Assembly: GCF_009914755.1 (NCBI RefSeq)
Contig: NC_060939.1
Strand: one strand, 5' to 3'
Length of the DNA stretch: 64,000 bases
Source of the DNA: the human T2T-CHM13v2.0 reference genome, Homo sapiens
The first letter of the stretch is position 1. The number at the start of each line of letters is the position of its first letter. The notes below the pieces were generated by a model. The model was given only the letters and a program-made list of their open reading frames with translations. It was not told the origin of the DNA and made no database searches. This document shows, in pieces, positions 41,547 to 57,400 of the stretch. The position numbers and the translations under genes were made by a program.

Positions 41547-41678
41547 GATTAAGACTTGAGAATGATAACAAACAATCTATGACGAAAAACATCAAAAGCT
41601 CTATGCCCCAAGGATTAAGGATTAAGACTTGAGAATGAAGACAATCTATAAAGAAAAACATCAAAAGCTTTATGTCCA
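41547..41678. repeat. Two-copy tandem duplication, period 73 bp
   Basis: GATTAAGACTTGAGAATGA..ACAATCTAT...GAAAAACATCAAAAGCT.TATG.CC starts at 41547 and 41620. Confidence 0.9.
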
Positions 41679-42059
41679 TTATGTCATTCACTGTTTTTAA
41701 GATTTTTTTACTCAATGTTATTTCCAATAAATCAGAATTATAGCACATGAAACATCAGGAAAATGTATGATGAAAATGCTAATCCTCTTCCCACAAACCC
41801 TCATTTGAGATAACCAATGATAATAATCTAGCATGTGTCCCTCTATATCCTCTCCTTACTTGCACAAGTATTTGCATTTTCATTTGTCACTTTATCAAAT
41901 TTTTTTGCTTTTTAACTAAAACAGAATCATAATCCCCTCTGCTATTGCTCAATATGTTTTCTCTAGTATTATTTCATGCATATTTCTGGTCACACCAAAC
42001 CTATTTTTTAAATTTACTTATGTATATACCCAGATAACAGAAAAAGGTAGAAAACCCCA

Positions 42060-43500
42060 AAATTTGTTTTATGATTTTAGCATTTACGGTTTTCTTTTTG
42101 GCCAAGTATATGGTCAATTTTTAATATTCCATGTTTTTAGAAAAAAATGTATATTCTCTTTTCAAGGACTGTCAAGTTCTGTATATAGAAGATATATATA
42201 TATATCATGTTAGGTTTTGTATTACAGGTGACCCTTTAATAATGTGGATTTGAACTGCACAGGTCACTTATATCTGGATTCTTTTATCCAAACACAAAAG
42301 GAAAATACAGTATTCACAGGAAGTAAAATTCATTTTTACAGAGAGCCAACTCTTCATATGCACAGGTTTTAAAGGACCAATTGTGGGACTTGAATATGTG
42401 TGGATTTTGGTAAATGTGGTGGTCCTGGAAACAATACTCTGCATATACCCAGGGATGACTGCATTCAATTTCTCTGCCTTTTTGTTTACTATATTTGATT
42501 CTGAAAGAAGTATAGCAAAATCTCCCACATTGTAATTGTATTTCATCAAGTTTTTCACACACAACTAATAGCTCGTATTTTATATATTCGGCTGCTACAC
42601 TGTCAGGTACTTACAGTCCATGACCATCAGGTCATCTAAACATGGCTTGTTAATATTACCCTGTTAATATATTTAACACTAAATTTCAGTTTGTTTGATG
42701 TTAATATTTTCACTCACACTTTGTTTGTGCTTTTCTGGGATTTTTCTGTCTATGTCTTAATTTTTGCTCCAAGATTCAAGGTAAAATTTACATATAATAT
42801 AACTCACCTTTCTTAAAGTGTATACTAATTTTGACGAACAGTCATAACAATCACCACAATCAAGATACAGAACATTTCCTTCACCAAAAGTATTCCCTCA
42901 TGTCCCTTTATACTTAGTCCCTCCCTCCCCCGATCCTGACAGCCACTGATGTGTTGTCTGCCATATAAATGGAATCATACAGTACATTGCTTTTATGTCT
43001 GACTTTTTTCACTCAGCAAAATGCTTCTGATATTCATCTATGTTGTTGCATGAATCAATGTTCTTTCTTATTGCTGAATGATATGCTCCATTGTGCGGAT
43101 ATATAATAATCTGTCAATCACTCATTGATGACAATTCTGTTGTTTCCAGTTTGGGGCTATCACAAGTAAAGCTACTACTAACAATTATGTACAAGTATTT
43201 GAATGGACACACTTTCTCTTAGGTAAGCACCTAGGAGTGGATTAGGGATTGTGAATAAAGCTACTAAGAACACTTTCATATAAGTTTTGTCTGCACATAT
43301 GTTATAAATTCCTTTGGAAGTGAAACTGCTGAACCATTTGGTTAAAATTATGTTTAACTTTATAAAAAAACTACCAAAGTTTCTCTAGGTAGCTGTACCA
43401 TCTTGCACTTCCACCAGTCATCTATGAGAATTGCAGTTGTTCCACCTCCTTGCTAGAACAAGATGTTGTCACTCTTAAATTTTAGCTATTTTATCAGTGG
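42060..43500 (-). mobile_element. Old L1M fragments (ORF2 relic 42060-42770; L1MB/L1ME 3' end 42770-43500)
   Basis: Diverged antisense L1 motifs, e.g. CACCACAATCAAGATACAGAACATTTCC, ATAAATGGAATCATACAGTA, TTTCCAGTTTGGGGCTAT. Confidence 0.7.
42225..42461 (+). mobile_element. MER8 (TcMar-Tigger non-autonomous DNA transposon)
   Basis: 237 bp, TIR-like ends CAGGTGACCCT / AGGGATGACTG, TA at left flank, internal GAAAATACAGTATTC and GGTCCTGGAA motifs. Confidence 0.85.
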
Positions 43501-44279
43501 GCCTATCAGAGGGTGGATTTCCTAGAGGACACATCTTGCTTGCTCAGACAATCTTTGAGAACAAGTCTGGTTTTTTACAACTTCTCCCATTTCAACCAAT
43601 GAACCAAACTGGAGATATAGCATAGTCCATGGTATAGTGCCAGAAGGCCCATTATCATCACATGCACCATCAGCTGCCTCTCATCAAGGGTATTCTGCCT
43701 TGGGACCTAGAGCCCAAGTATAGGAATAAGTGTGTTCAGTGCTACCTCTACATGTGCCTTCTGTACCTACTGCCTATGCACAAAAACCCAAAACAAGCAT
43801 CTTTCCTCTTATTTAGTGCCTGCTGTTTTGTTCAAATAAGTGGGAGGTTGTGAGTGGGCTAGAGAGAATGTGAGTCATTCTTTAATTTCTCTTGCCAATC
43901 AAAAACGCATTCTGTAATACAAATTTAACAGAAAAAGAGTGGTAAGATTAACTACAGAGCACTCAAAAACATTGCTTCTTTGCTGTAGGGACTTATTTAG
44001 CTGTCCTAAAATGAGGAGCCTTATAATATATTAAGGTCTTCATACATATCTGAAATACTTTTTTTAAAAAAATTGTTTTGTCAAATGTTTGAGTAGCATA
44101 ATCAAGTCAGATGGATTTCTAATATAGGACTAGACAGATTCCTCAATATGCTAATTTTGAGCATATAGAAAGCAGTTTTAATATGTAGTCTTTTGTGACA
44201 ATGGCACCTTTTTCCCCAGAATACCTATCAACATCTCATTTGGGATACAAATAATTCATCGATCAGCTCTGAAATGCTG

Positions 44280-44640
44280 CTCTGGAGACTCCAGTTCATT
44301 AATATCCAACCTAAAGTGTGTTATCTGGAACTGAACACAATACTCTAGATGTTTTCTTGCTATCTCACAGTATAGCAGGGACTATCACCTCTCCATTTTA
44401 TGTGTCATACTTTTATTAATGCAGCCTAAAACAGAATGAAACTATTTGGTGATGATATCACCCTCTTGGCTTACTTTGAGCTTTTTCATCAACTAAAATC
44501 TCCCAGACCTTTTTCTCACAACTACTGAGCAACAAATCTATAATTCTATTATAGCATTTATTTGTTAAAACAAATGCAAGAATTTCTGTATGTCTCTATT
44601 AATTTTCATATTATATGTTTCACCATTAGTTTCTGACAGC
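44280..44640 (-). mobile_element. L3/CR1 relic
   Basis: GAACTGAACACAATACTC.AGATG, GGGACTATCACCTC, TTATTAATGCAGCCTAA, TCAACTAAAA.C.CCCAGA motifs. Confidence 0.7.
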
Positions 44641-45940
44641 ATTCTCTGACAGGTTTCTAAAATAGGTAGAAGTCCCTCTGCATGGTTCACCTGGAAGTTT
44701 AGCAGTGAGTAGCAAATAAGCAGCAGTGGCATTCCCCTACCATCAGCCAACCTCACTCAGGGAGTTTACCACAAAAACCCCACTTGGCCTCTTATTCCTA
44801 TTTAGAGCCTTTACCATTAGAAATGCTGCCAGAGCCCACCGGTGTTCCCAGGAACTCCCAAATGTGTAGGAAAAGTGGTGCCTCATCACGAAAATTGAGC
44901 TGGAAGAAGAGTAAGAATCTTCGAAGGAACTCGTCTTCAATTCCAAGTCCCGCTCTACTTTTTAATTTCAATCATAATTACTTGGGACCTCTGGTGTGAT
45001 TGTCTCTGACTATCCTGCCTTTGAGGTAGAAGAAGCATAATTGGCTCTGAGTGCCAAATAGTATTCCCAAAACATGTGTGCCAAGTACTGCCATTTCCAT
45101 TTATCCCTGAAGGAAGCTTCAGTGTCCAGAAAGTGACTCAGAGGTCACACCGTGTTCCAGAGGCAGAGGTAGGATTTGAATTATATCCAAAATCAGCTCA
45201 AAATTGGCTGAATTCCATTTACAATTCTGTGAGTGTTCTGCCTCAAGAACACAGTAAAAAACTGAAATGACACCCAGATGTTGAAACAGTAAGACCGAAG
45301 TGCCCAACTCTTCTCAAAAATCACTCTTTATAATCATGTTTTAGACATATAAAATGTATAAAGACTATCATAACCCCTGTATTTCTACTACTCAGCTTAT
45401 AAAGTAAAACACGGTCAACCTACGTGAAATCCCCCATGTGTTCCTTGCTAATTCATGACCCTCTTCTCTCCACCTCTACCATTAGAGGCAACTGCTCTCA
45501 GAATTGGATGTTCATTATACAGAAAAATGTAAAGAAATACACAGTAATATGTATGGATCTCTAGGAAATATAAGATTTTTGTGTGTAAATTTAAGAAGCA
45601 CAAGTGCAGTTTTGTTACATGAATGTATTGTATAGTGGTATAGTCTGGGTTTTTAATGTAAACATCTTCCGAATAATTACATAATTTCTCATCCTTCACC
45701 CACCCGCCCAAGTTTCCAATGTCTATTGTTCTACAGGGAACACTTATACACCACTGGTGGAAATGTAACTTAGTACCACCTCTATGGAAAACATTATGGA
45801 GATTTCTCAAAGAACCAAACTAGAATTCCCCTTCAATCCAGAAATCCCACTACTGGGTAGTAAGAAAAGAAATTATTACATCAAAAAGATACTTGTACCC
45901 ATATGTTTATTGCAGCACTATTCACAATAGCAAAGATATG

Positions 45941-46378
45941 TGTGAAAGGCAAATATGAACCTGGCACCACAATTCACTATGCCAAAGTGAAAAAAATTAA
46001 GCTGAAAACTGAATCATGCAAGAAGCTGCCTTTCCTATTCTTCCTAAGCAGACAGCTACAGATGGAAGGTTAAAAATCTCCATAGAGGCTACTATATGTT
46101 CACCTTACCTTATGAAAAGTGCCAATTTACTGAGCAAGAGCTGAAAACATGATTGACTCTTCCCGTACCTGCTCATTTTCTCTTGCAATGTATTAATTTG
46201 GTAATATGACTATATCCTCCCTCTTTCCCCTCCAGCCTGCTTTTTCCTTTTAAATATTGAAGCCCTCAAAAGCATCTTTGGATAAAGGCAAAGACTTGTC
46301 ACCCAAATGCACCCTTAACCTTGGCAAAATAAACTTCTAAATTGATTTAGATCTGTCTCAGATATTTTTTGGTTTACA
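45941..46378 (+). mobile_element. ERV1 solo LTR, MER4 group
   Basis: TGTGAAAGG...TTTGGTTTACA termini, AATAAA near 46327, perfect TSD TATG (45937-45940, 46379-46382); host L1 rejoins as CAAAGATATG/GAATCAACC. Confidence 0.9.
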
Positions 46379-46428
46379 TATGGAATCAACCTAATTGTCC
46401 ATCAATGGATAGCTGGACAAAGAAAATG

Positions 46429-46429
<1 letters not shown>

Positions 46430-46468
<39 letters not shown>
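46430..46468. repeat. (CA)n microsatellite
   Basis: Seen directly. Confidence 0.95.
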
Positions 46469-46471
<3 letters not shown>

Positions 46472-47103
46472 TGAATATCATTCAGCCGTAAAAAAATAAT
46501 AAAATGTTTCATGCGGCAACATAGATGGAACTGGAAGGCATTTTCTTAAGTGAAACAACAATCAAATGCCTCATGTTCCCACTTACAAGTGGGAGCTAAA
46601 TGATGTGTACAAATATATTATTTAGCATGTTGTTAAAGTCCGTATTTATGATATGATGCCATATGTATTGTCCTGCAACTTCATTTCTTTGGTCAACTTA
46701 ATATTTACAAGCTTTATTCACTGCCCGATAGTATACTATTTTATGGGTATACCATAATTTAGTTATCCATTATCTCCCTTATGGACAATTAGATTGTTTC
46801 CAATTTTTGTCATCACAAACATAGCTTCTATAAATACTACTCTACTTATCTTCTGTAGCCCTGAGTGAGTTTCTCTAGGGTATATATCTAGAAATGGGAT
46901 ATATAGTTTCACGATAGGATAGGCACAGCTTCAACTCTTCTATGATTTCCAGATTGTACCCCATAAAGATTATGCCAATTTATATTTGCACCAGGATTGC
47001 AGAAGAGCTCCTATTGTTCTCCAATCTTACTAACATTTGTCATTCTGGTGGCTGTTAAATTGTATGCATGTGTAGCTTTATTTTGTATTTTCCTGATCAG
47101 AGG

Positions 47104-47659
47104 TGTCGAAGTAAAACTTGAATGGAGAAAGTTAAAATAAAGACTCTATTCAAGCCTATTCCAATAGTGAAGAGAGACTAAAATGCAGTCTGAACTCAAC
47201 TTCCACTGGAAGAAAGATGATTTTTAAACATTGGGTGAGCTAATGGAAAAGAGAACATTAGGAATGAGGTCTATCAGTGGGATGTGTCAGGACATGGAGT
47301 TATTTGCGAGTTTGCAAATGTTTTTCTCTGTGACTAAGTCACCTGTGTTTGCTAATTGGTGCCCACTAAATTCAGGTTCCTACCCTTCCACAAAGACTGG
47401 CAGATAAGGGTGATCTTCCTTGATGATTACATTTCAAAGGGATAGCTCCCAGGTCCTTGGGAAAGAAATTCTTAGACTGTAAAACTCATGAGAGGCTTTT
47501 TAAAAGATTTGTATCTGAAAGGGACATAGGAAATAATTATAATTAGAAGTTTTCCAAGGTAAATGCTCTAAGAAAAGGGTAGTCGGGGGGCTTAGAATCA
47601 GGAAGAAGCCTGCCTAAAAGTTAGTCAGGCTGAGGGAAATGTTAAAACCATCTTGGTCA
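47104..47659 (-). mobile_element. ERV1 solo LTR, MER67/MER31-like
   Basis: TGTC...CTTGGTCA termini, perfect TSD GAGG (47100-47103, 47660-47663). Confidence 0.8.
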
Positions 47660-48643
47660 GAGGCTATTGGCCATTCAGTTGTCCATTTCTGATAATTCCT
47701 TGTTGATATCTTTTGCCCATTTTTATACTGAGTTGTTAGTCTTAATAATAAGAGTCCTTTAATATACTCTGGATACTATTGTTTCATCGGTTATATGCAT
47801 TACGTATCTCTCAGTTTGCAGCTTACCTTTTAATTTTTATCATGTACCTTAGATTAAAAATAGTTGTTAATTTGAATGTATCTGAAGTTATCCAATAGTT
47901 TCACCTCTAAATTACACTTTGTGTTAAGACACTCTTCTGTAAGTCATAAAGCTGAACCCCTATTATATTCTAAATTCTGTTTTCCACATTTAGATCTTCA
48001 ATTGATTCTTATGTCTGCTGCGTACGCCTTTGAAAACCATTTGTTATTTATCAAGTTTCCATATATGTGCCGGTATATTCACTGATTTATTTAATCTCAT
48101 TGATCTACTTGTATGTACTTACACCAATTCCACAATGTCTCATACAACTAAAATAAACAAATCCTGACATTTAGAAGGCCAAGTCTCTCAACTTTTTTCC
48201 CTAAAATTTTCTTGCCTTCAACTATTTTTTAGCTTAACAGTTTGCTATTAGGTTCTAAATATCCCAAGGAAGTATTGACGTTTATTTTACCACCTAGGTA
48301 CCAGCCCCAGTAGGGGCTGACTGACACCTCATACAGCCAGGTGCCCCTCTGAGATGAAGCTTCCAGAGGAAGGATCAGGCAGCAATATTTGCTGTTCTGC
48401 AGTATTTGCTGTTCTACAATATTTGCTGTTCCGCAGCCTCCGCTGGTGATACCGAGGCAAACAGGGTCTGGAGTGGACCTCCTGCAAACTCCAACAGACC
48501 TGCAGCTGAGGGACCTAACTATTACAAGGAAAACTAACAGACAGAAAGGAATAGCATCAACATCAACAAAAAAGGACATCCACACCAAAACTCCATCTAT
48601 ACATCACCATCATCAAAGACCAAAGGTAGATAAAACCACAAAC

Positions 48644-49656
48644 ATGGAGAGAAACCAGAGCAGAAAGGTGAAAATTCTAAAAACCAGAGTGCCTCTTCTC
48701 CTCCAAAGGATCACAGCTCCTCACCAGCAATGGAACAAAGCTGGACAGAGAATGACTTTGACAAGTTGACAGAAGTAGGCCTCAGAAGATCGGTAATAAC
48801 AAACTTCTCAGAGCTAAAGGAGGATGTTTGAACCCATTGCAAAGAAGCTAAAAACCTTAAAAAAAGATTAAACGAATGACTAACAGGAATAACCAGTGTA
48901 GAGAGGACCTTACATAACCTGACGGAGCTGAAAACCATGGCACGAGAACTACGTGACCCACAAGCTTCAGTAGCCAATTAGATCAACTGGTAGAAAGAAT
49001 ATCAGTGATGGAAGATCAAAATGAAGTGAGAAGAGAAGCTTAGAGAAAAAAGAGTAAAAAGAAATGAACAAAGCCTCCAAGAAATATCGGACTATGTGAA
49101 AAGACCAAATCTATGTTTGATTGGTGTACCTGAAAGTGACGGGGAGAATGGAACCAAGTTGGAAAACACTCTGCAGGATATTATCCAGGAGAACTTCCCC
49201 AATCTAGCCAGGCAGGCCAACATTCAAATTCAGGAAATACAGAGAACACCACAAAGATACTCCTCAAGAAGACTAACCCCAAGACACATAATTGTCATAT
49301 TCACCAAAGTTGAAATGAAGGAAAAAATGTTAAGGGCAGCCAGAGAGAAAGGTAAGATTACCCACAAAGGGAAGCCCATCAGATTAATAGCGGATCTCTC
49401 AGCAGAAACCCTACAAGCCAGAAAAGAGTGGGGGCCAATATTCAACATTCTTAAAGGAAAGAATTTTCAACCCAGGATCTCATATCCAGCCAAACTAATC
49501 TTCATAAGTGAAGGAGAAATAAAATCCTTTACAGACAAGTGAATGCTGAGAGATTCTGTCACCACCAGGCCTGCCTTACAAGAGCTCCTGAAGGAAGCAC
49601 TAAACATGGAAAGGAAAAAACGGTACCAGCCACTGCAAAAACATGCCAAATTGTAA
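48644..49656 (+). pseudogene. L1 ORF1p, disrupted
   Basis: ATG at 48644, TAA at 49654-56; KRPNLCLIGVPESDGENGTKLENTLQDIIQENFPNLARQ; frameshifts and internal stops. Confidence 0.92.
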
Positions 49657-49719
49657 AGACCATCGAGGCTAGGAAGCAACTACATCAACTAACGAGCAAA
49701 ATAACCAGCTAACATCATA

Positions 49720-53536
<3,817 letters not shown>

Positions 53537-53770
53537 ACAGTGAGAACTCTTGGACCCAGGGCAGGGAACATCACACACCAGGGCCTGTCGTGGGGTGGGG
53601 GATGAGGGAGGAATAGCATTAGGAGTAATACCTAATGTAAATGATGAGTTAATGGGTGCAGCAAACCAACACAGCACATGTATACATATGTAACAAACTT
53701 GCACGTTATACACATGTACCCTAGAACTTAACGTATAATAAAAAAGGAAAATAAAAATAAAAAATTAAAA

Positions 53771-54215
53771 AATAGCCCTTATGACCTGTGTGAGATGCTA
53801 CTTCATTGTGGTATTGATTTGCATTTCCCTGATTAGCAATGAACATTTTTTTCATATTTTTGGGGGCCGCTTCTATGTCATTTTTTGAGAAGTATCTGTT
53901 CATGTCCTTTGCCCTTTTTCTTAATGGAGTTGTTTTTTTATTGGTGATTTAAGTTCCTTGCTGATTCTGGATATTAGGCCTTTATTGGATGCATACTCTA
54001 AGAGTATTGTCTGCCATTCTGTACGTTTTCTGTTTACTCTGTTGATAGTTTCATTTTGCTGTGCAGAAACTCTTTAGTTTAATTAGATCCCACTTGTCAA
54101 TTTTTGTTTTTGCTGCAATCGCTTTTGGTGACTTAGTCAAGAATTCTTGAAGATAGGAACAGGTTGTCTATGCTGTTCTGTGGGTCTACGTGTCTATTTT
54201 TGTTTGATTACCATT
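53771..54215 (-). mobile_element. Antisense older L1 ORF2 fragment lacking a 3' end
   Basis: TGTGAGATG..ACTTCATTGTGGT.TTGATTTGCATTTCCCTG, TTTGCTGTGCAGAA.CTCTTTAGTTTAATTAGATCCCA. Confidence 0.85.
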
Positions 54216-54224
54216 TTCAAGTAA

Positions 54225-55000
54225 TTTAGATGAAGGTTCAGATGACATGAAGATTTAATTTGCAGATGACACAGCTGGAAGCAGAATCCAGATTCAGAAA
54301 GTCTCCCTCATTATGCCAGAAGCACTGACCAAAACCAACAGCAAGAAATTTAGCAGTAATGTGTGTAACTTTATTTGGCTAAAAAAAAGCATGTATAGCT
54401 GTTTATGTATTAAGAGGGAGAGAGACAGACCCAAGAAAGTTTTGACTGGAGTCTTTGTGTAGGTCAACAGCACAATCTGACTGCTGAAAACATTGATGTG
54501 ATCTGGTTAATAGTGATACCCACCTGAAGAAAGATTATTCCAACATACCTTTTTCTGGTCAAGACCACATACTGTGTTCTTTGCTGAGTATCACAGTTTT
54601 AGAGGATAAAGAACAAACCAGAAAGCATGTAAAGAATAAATTTTGTGTAATCAAGAAATATAGAAGATATATTTTTAAGAGATCATTCCAGGGAAATTGG
54701 GTGTTTTCCTAGAGAAGAGAAGACATATGTGAAATGCTATTGAGTGGAAGATGAATTAGACCAACTCTGTACTGTTGCAGGGGGCAGACCCAGGGCCAGT
54801 GGAAAGAGGTTACATGGAGGCTAGTTTCAATCCAAATCAAGGAAGTACATGCTCACAATTTGAGCTCTTGTGCAAAACAATGGACTGCTTTAGAAAGCCC
54901 AAAGTTCCCTGGCAAAGAATCTAACCACAGTCTGGGAGGACAGCCTGTCAAGAAAATTAAAGAAATTTCTGAATTGGAGGAACCTTTTAATTCAGCATAT
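54225..55000 (+). mobile_element. L3/CR1 relic
   Basis: TTTGCAGATGACACA (FADDT RT motif), AGAATCCAGATTCAGAAA, CTGGTCAAGACCACA, CCTAGAGAAGAGAAGAC. Confidence 0.7.
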
Positions 55001-55109
55001 TTTGAAATCTTTTTCACTGATACAGAATTGACACAATGTAAGAAGAAGAAAGAACCAGATCTTTAGTCTCAGCTTCACCACCATTATGACAGGTCATTAG
55101 CTGAGAGGG

Positions 55110-55235
55110 AGGCTTTATTCTACTCCACTTCTCTCATCTTGCACATGTAGAAAACCAGGTCCTGGGAATACAAGTTACTTGCCCAAGATCATACCATTAT
55201 AAAGCAGCAGCTCTAGATGTCAAAATCAAGTCTGT
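55110..55235. mobile_element. MIR fragment
   Basis: AAGTTACTTGCCCAAGATCATAC core. Confidence 0.6.
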
Positions 55236-57284
55236 GGAATAATGTGCATCTATTTATACTGGTGCCATTAACATTAGAAAAATAGCCACAGGTGATTTAA
55301 TGTTAAGTAAAAGAAAGCACCATGTTTTCTTAGGGAAAAAAAATGAAATGGAATGGAAAGAAATCCCAATAGCTATAGCTTTGGGAGATAAAAATGGCCA
55401 TTTTCTGAAAATTCCAAAATACCAAATTCCAAAATTTTTGTGCTGTGGGTATATGACTTTCATAATTAAGTCATTGAGCTCTTGATTCCCCTGTCTAGCA
55501 ATCCTAATCCCTTTGAGTGAACTAACCCTACTTCGTGACAGCAGAAGGTAGAGATAATAATGAAAGCAGTAGCCTTCTGCTGGTGAGCCAAGACAAGCTA
55601 CTCAAGATACAAAGTTCCTCCTTTCCCCAAGGCCTTCCTTCCACACAGTGTGTTAACAATGTAATAGGTGAGGTGCTGTGAATTCTACAACACTTGCTTT
55701 GTGTACACTGCCTGCAGCCATCATAGTTGAAGAGATACTAGGACTGCAAAACCTAAGAAATGTTTGTGCTTGCTTGCTCAGAACGCTTTTTTTATTTTTA
55801 GCCCTGTGGTCTCACTCTTTGTCTACTGCAGGCAATTTCTCCAAAAATGGAGCTAGCTAGTGCTCTTCTCTAATATTTCATATGCATGTGGCTTGTCACA
55901 TTATGAAGTCACCAACTGGAGGAAGGAGCATTATAACTGAGGCCATTGGAAGGATTGCCCACACAGTCCCATTAGGTGAAGCCTCTACTCCATTGGGTTG
56001 GATTCCAGTACTTTTCTTAGTTCACCCTCCATGGTTTCCCCCTTCTCCTTGAGTCACCTGAGTCTCCCAATATTTTGCTGAAAGAGATAGCTTCCTGAAT
56101 CCACTGATTCAATGTTTTGCTTCTTTCCTTAAGTCTTTGACTCCCGAGTACACAGTCCACTTGTTATCAGTCCATACAAAGCTCCTCACCTCTCCCCTCC
56201 CCCAGCCAAAACACAGCTGCAGTCGTGTGTTAAGACTTGCTTCCAGACTGCTTTCCAGAATGGCTTCCCCATTCATCACTATTGTGCTGCACAAAATTTC
56301 CTGAGTATCCATGCCACCACTGGCACTAGGGATCATATGACTCTAATGTTTGCCCTACACAATGGGTAAAAAGCAGCATATCCTTGTTGTTTTGACTTGC
56401 ATGTCCTACTAATGAATTTGAATCTCTCTATAGTATGATTACTTTCTAAAGCCCAATCTAAGATACTCTGATCCTAGAATACACTGGGTTTTCCTTCTGA
56501 TAAGCACTACCCAGCATTCATATATTGGGCTTTCTCCCTCTAGGCTCTGTGTTCTCTGTACCAGATATTTTGTTGTAGAATAATACAGGAAGGAACTAGA
56601 CTAACAGACGGTTGTCTTCTTCTATTCCTCCCTACTCCAGTCTTTCTCCACAAAGAGGTAAATCTAGATTGATTATTTGAACATTTGTTCTCAAAGACTG
56701 GTGCTCCCTAAACACAGAGACTGCAATTAGCATTGTTTTGACACTTTGGGAACATTGGTCAGAGACCGTAAAGATTCTGATTTCATTAGAAATAGGCAAC
56801 CTTAATCTTATTGTCACACAAGACAATTCAACTCTTGACAGCTTTCCTATTATGCCAGAGAGATGCTCCTTTGGGTCCCAAAAGTTTCAGCTCCTTTTAA
56901 CACCATTCCTTAGATTATTTCTGAAAAGACTATTGCAGTAGATTCAGTACCTAATCCCCTGCTCTCTCCCATCTTTTGTGCATTTTCTTTCTTAATCATT
57001 GTATACCTTGCTTACTCCTTGACACTTCAAAAGTTCCCTGGTATCATACTTGCATCAGTGAGACTCTCCCTAAATATCTTTGTAAAACAAGGCCTCTACA
57101 GGTCAGTTTCACACAGTCCATGTGAAAATGTATGCTGTGCCTCCAGCAACTTGAAGGATAGGATCTTCTTTTACATTTTAATTCAAGTAAAGGCATAGCT
57201 TCAAATTTTGAAGTCTCCATGTAGTATCCCAAAGGCGTGCTGGACTCAGAATTTCACAGCTTCAGACAATAATAGTGCTATACT

Positions 57285-57400
57285 TCTTCATTAAATGAAA
57301 AAGATAGAGACTCAGAGAGGTCACATGACTTACTCAATTTCTCAGGACATGTAGCATTAAACCAGAAACCTGACATGCAAGCTACTATTCTGACTGCTAT
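57285..57400. mobile_element. MIR fragment
   Basis: GAGACTCAGAGAGGTCACATGACTT core. Confidence 0.5.

Larger units (their letters stand above)
45579..46610 (-). mobile_element. L1PB4-like insertion with 5' inversion (antisense 3' end 45579-45734; inverted piece 45735-46610)
   Basis: Pieces are contiguous in L1 coordinates; TSD-like AAATATAAGATTT (45566-45578) / AAATATATTATTT (46611-46623). Confidence 0.85.
45320..48290 (-). mobile_element. Very old L1ME-like host element interrupted by L1PB (with nested MER4) and a MER67-like LTR
   Basis: Colinear diverged antisense L1 pieces 45320-45575, 46613-47103, 47660-48290. Confidence 0.6.

Noticed and set aside
41547-41678. Direct repeat as a CRISPR-like repeat-spacer unit
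   Set aside because: Only two adjacent diverged copies, no unique spacers, no cas genes, primate DNA
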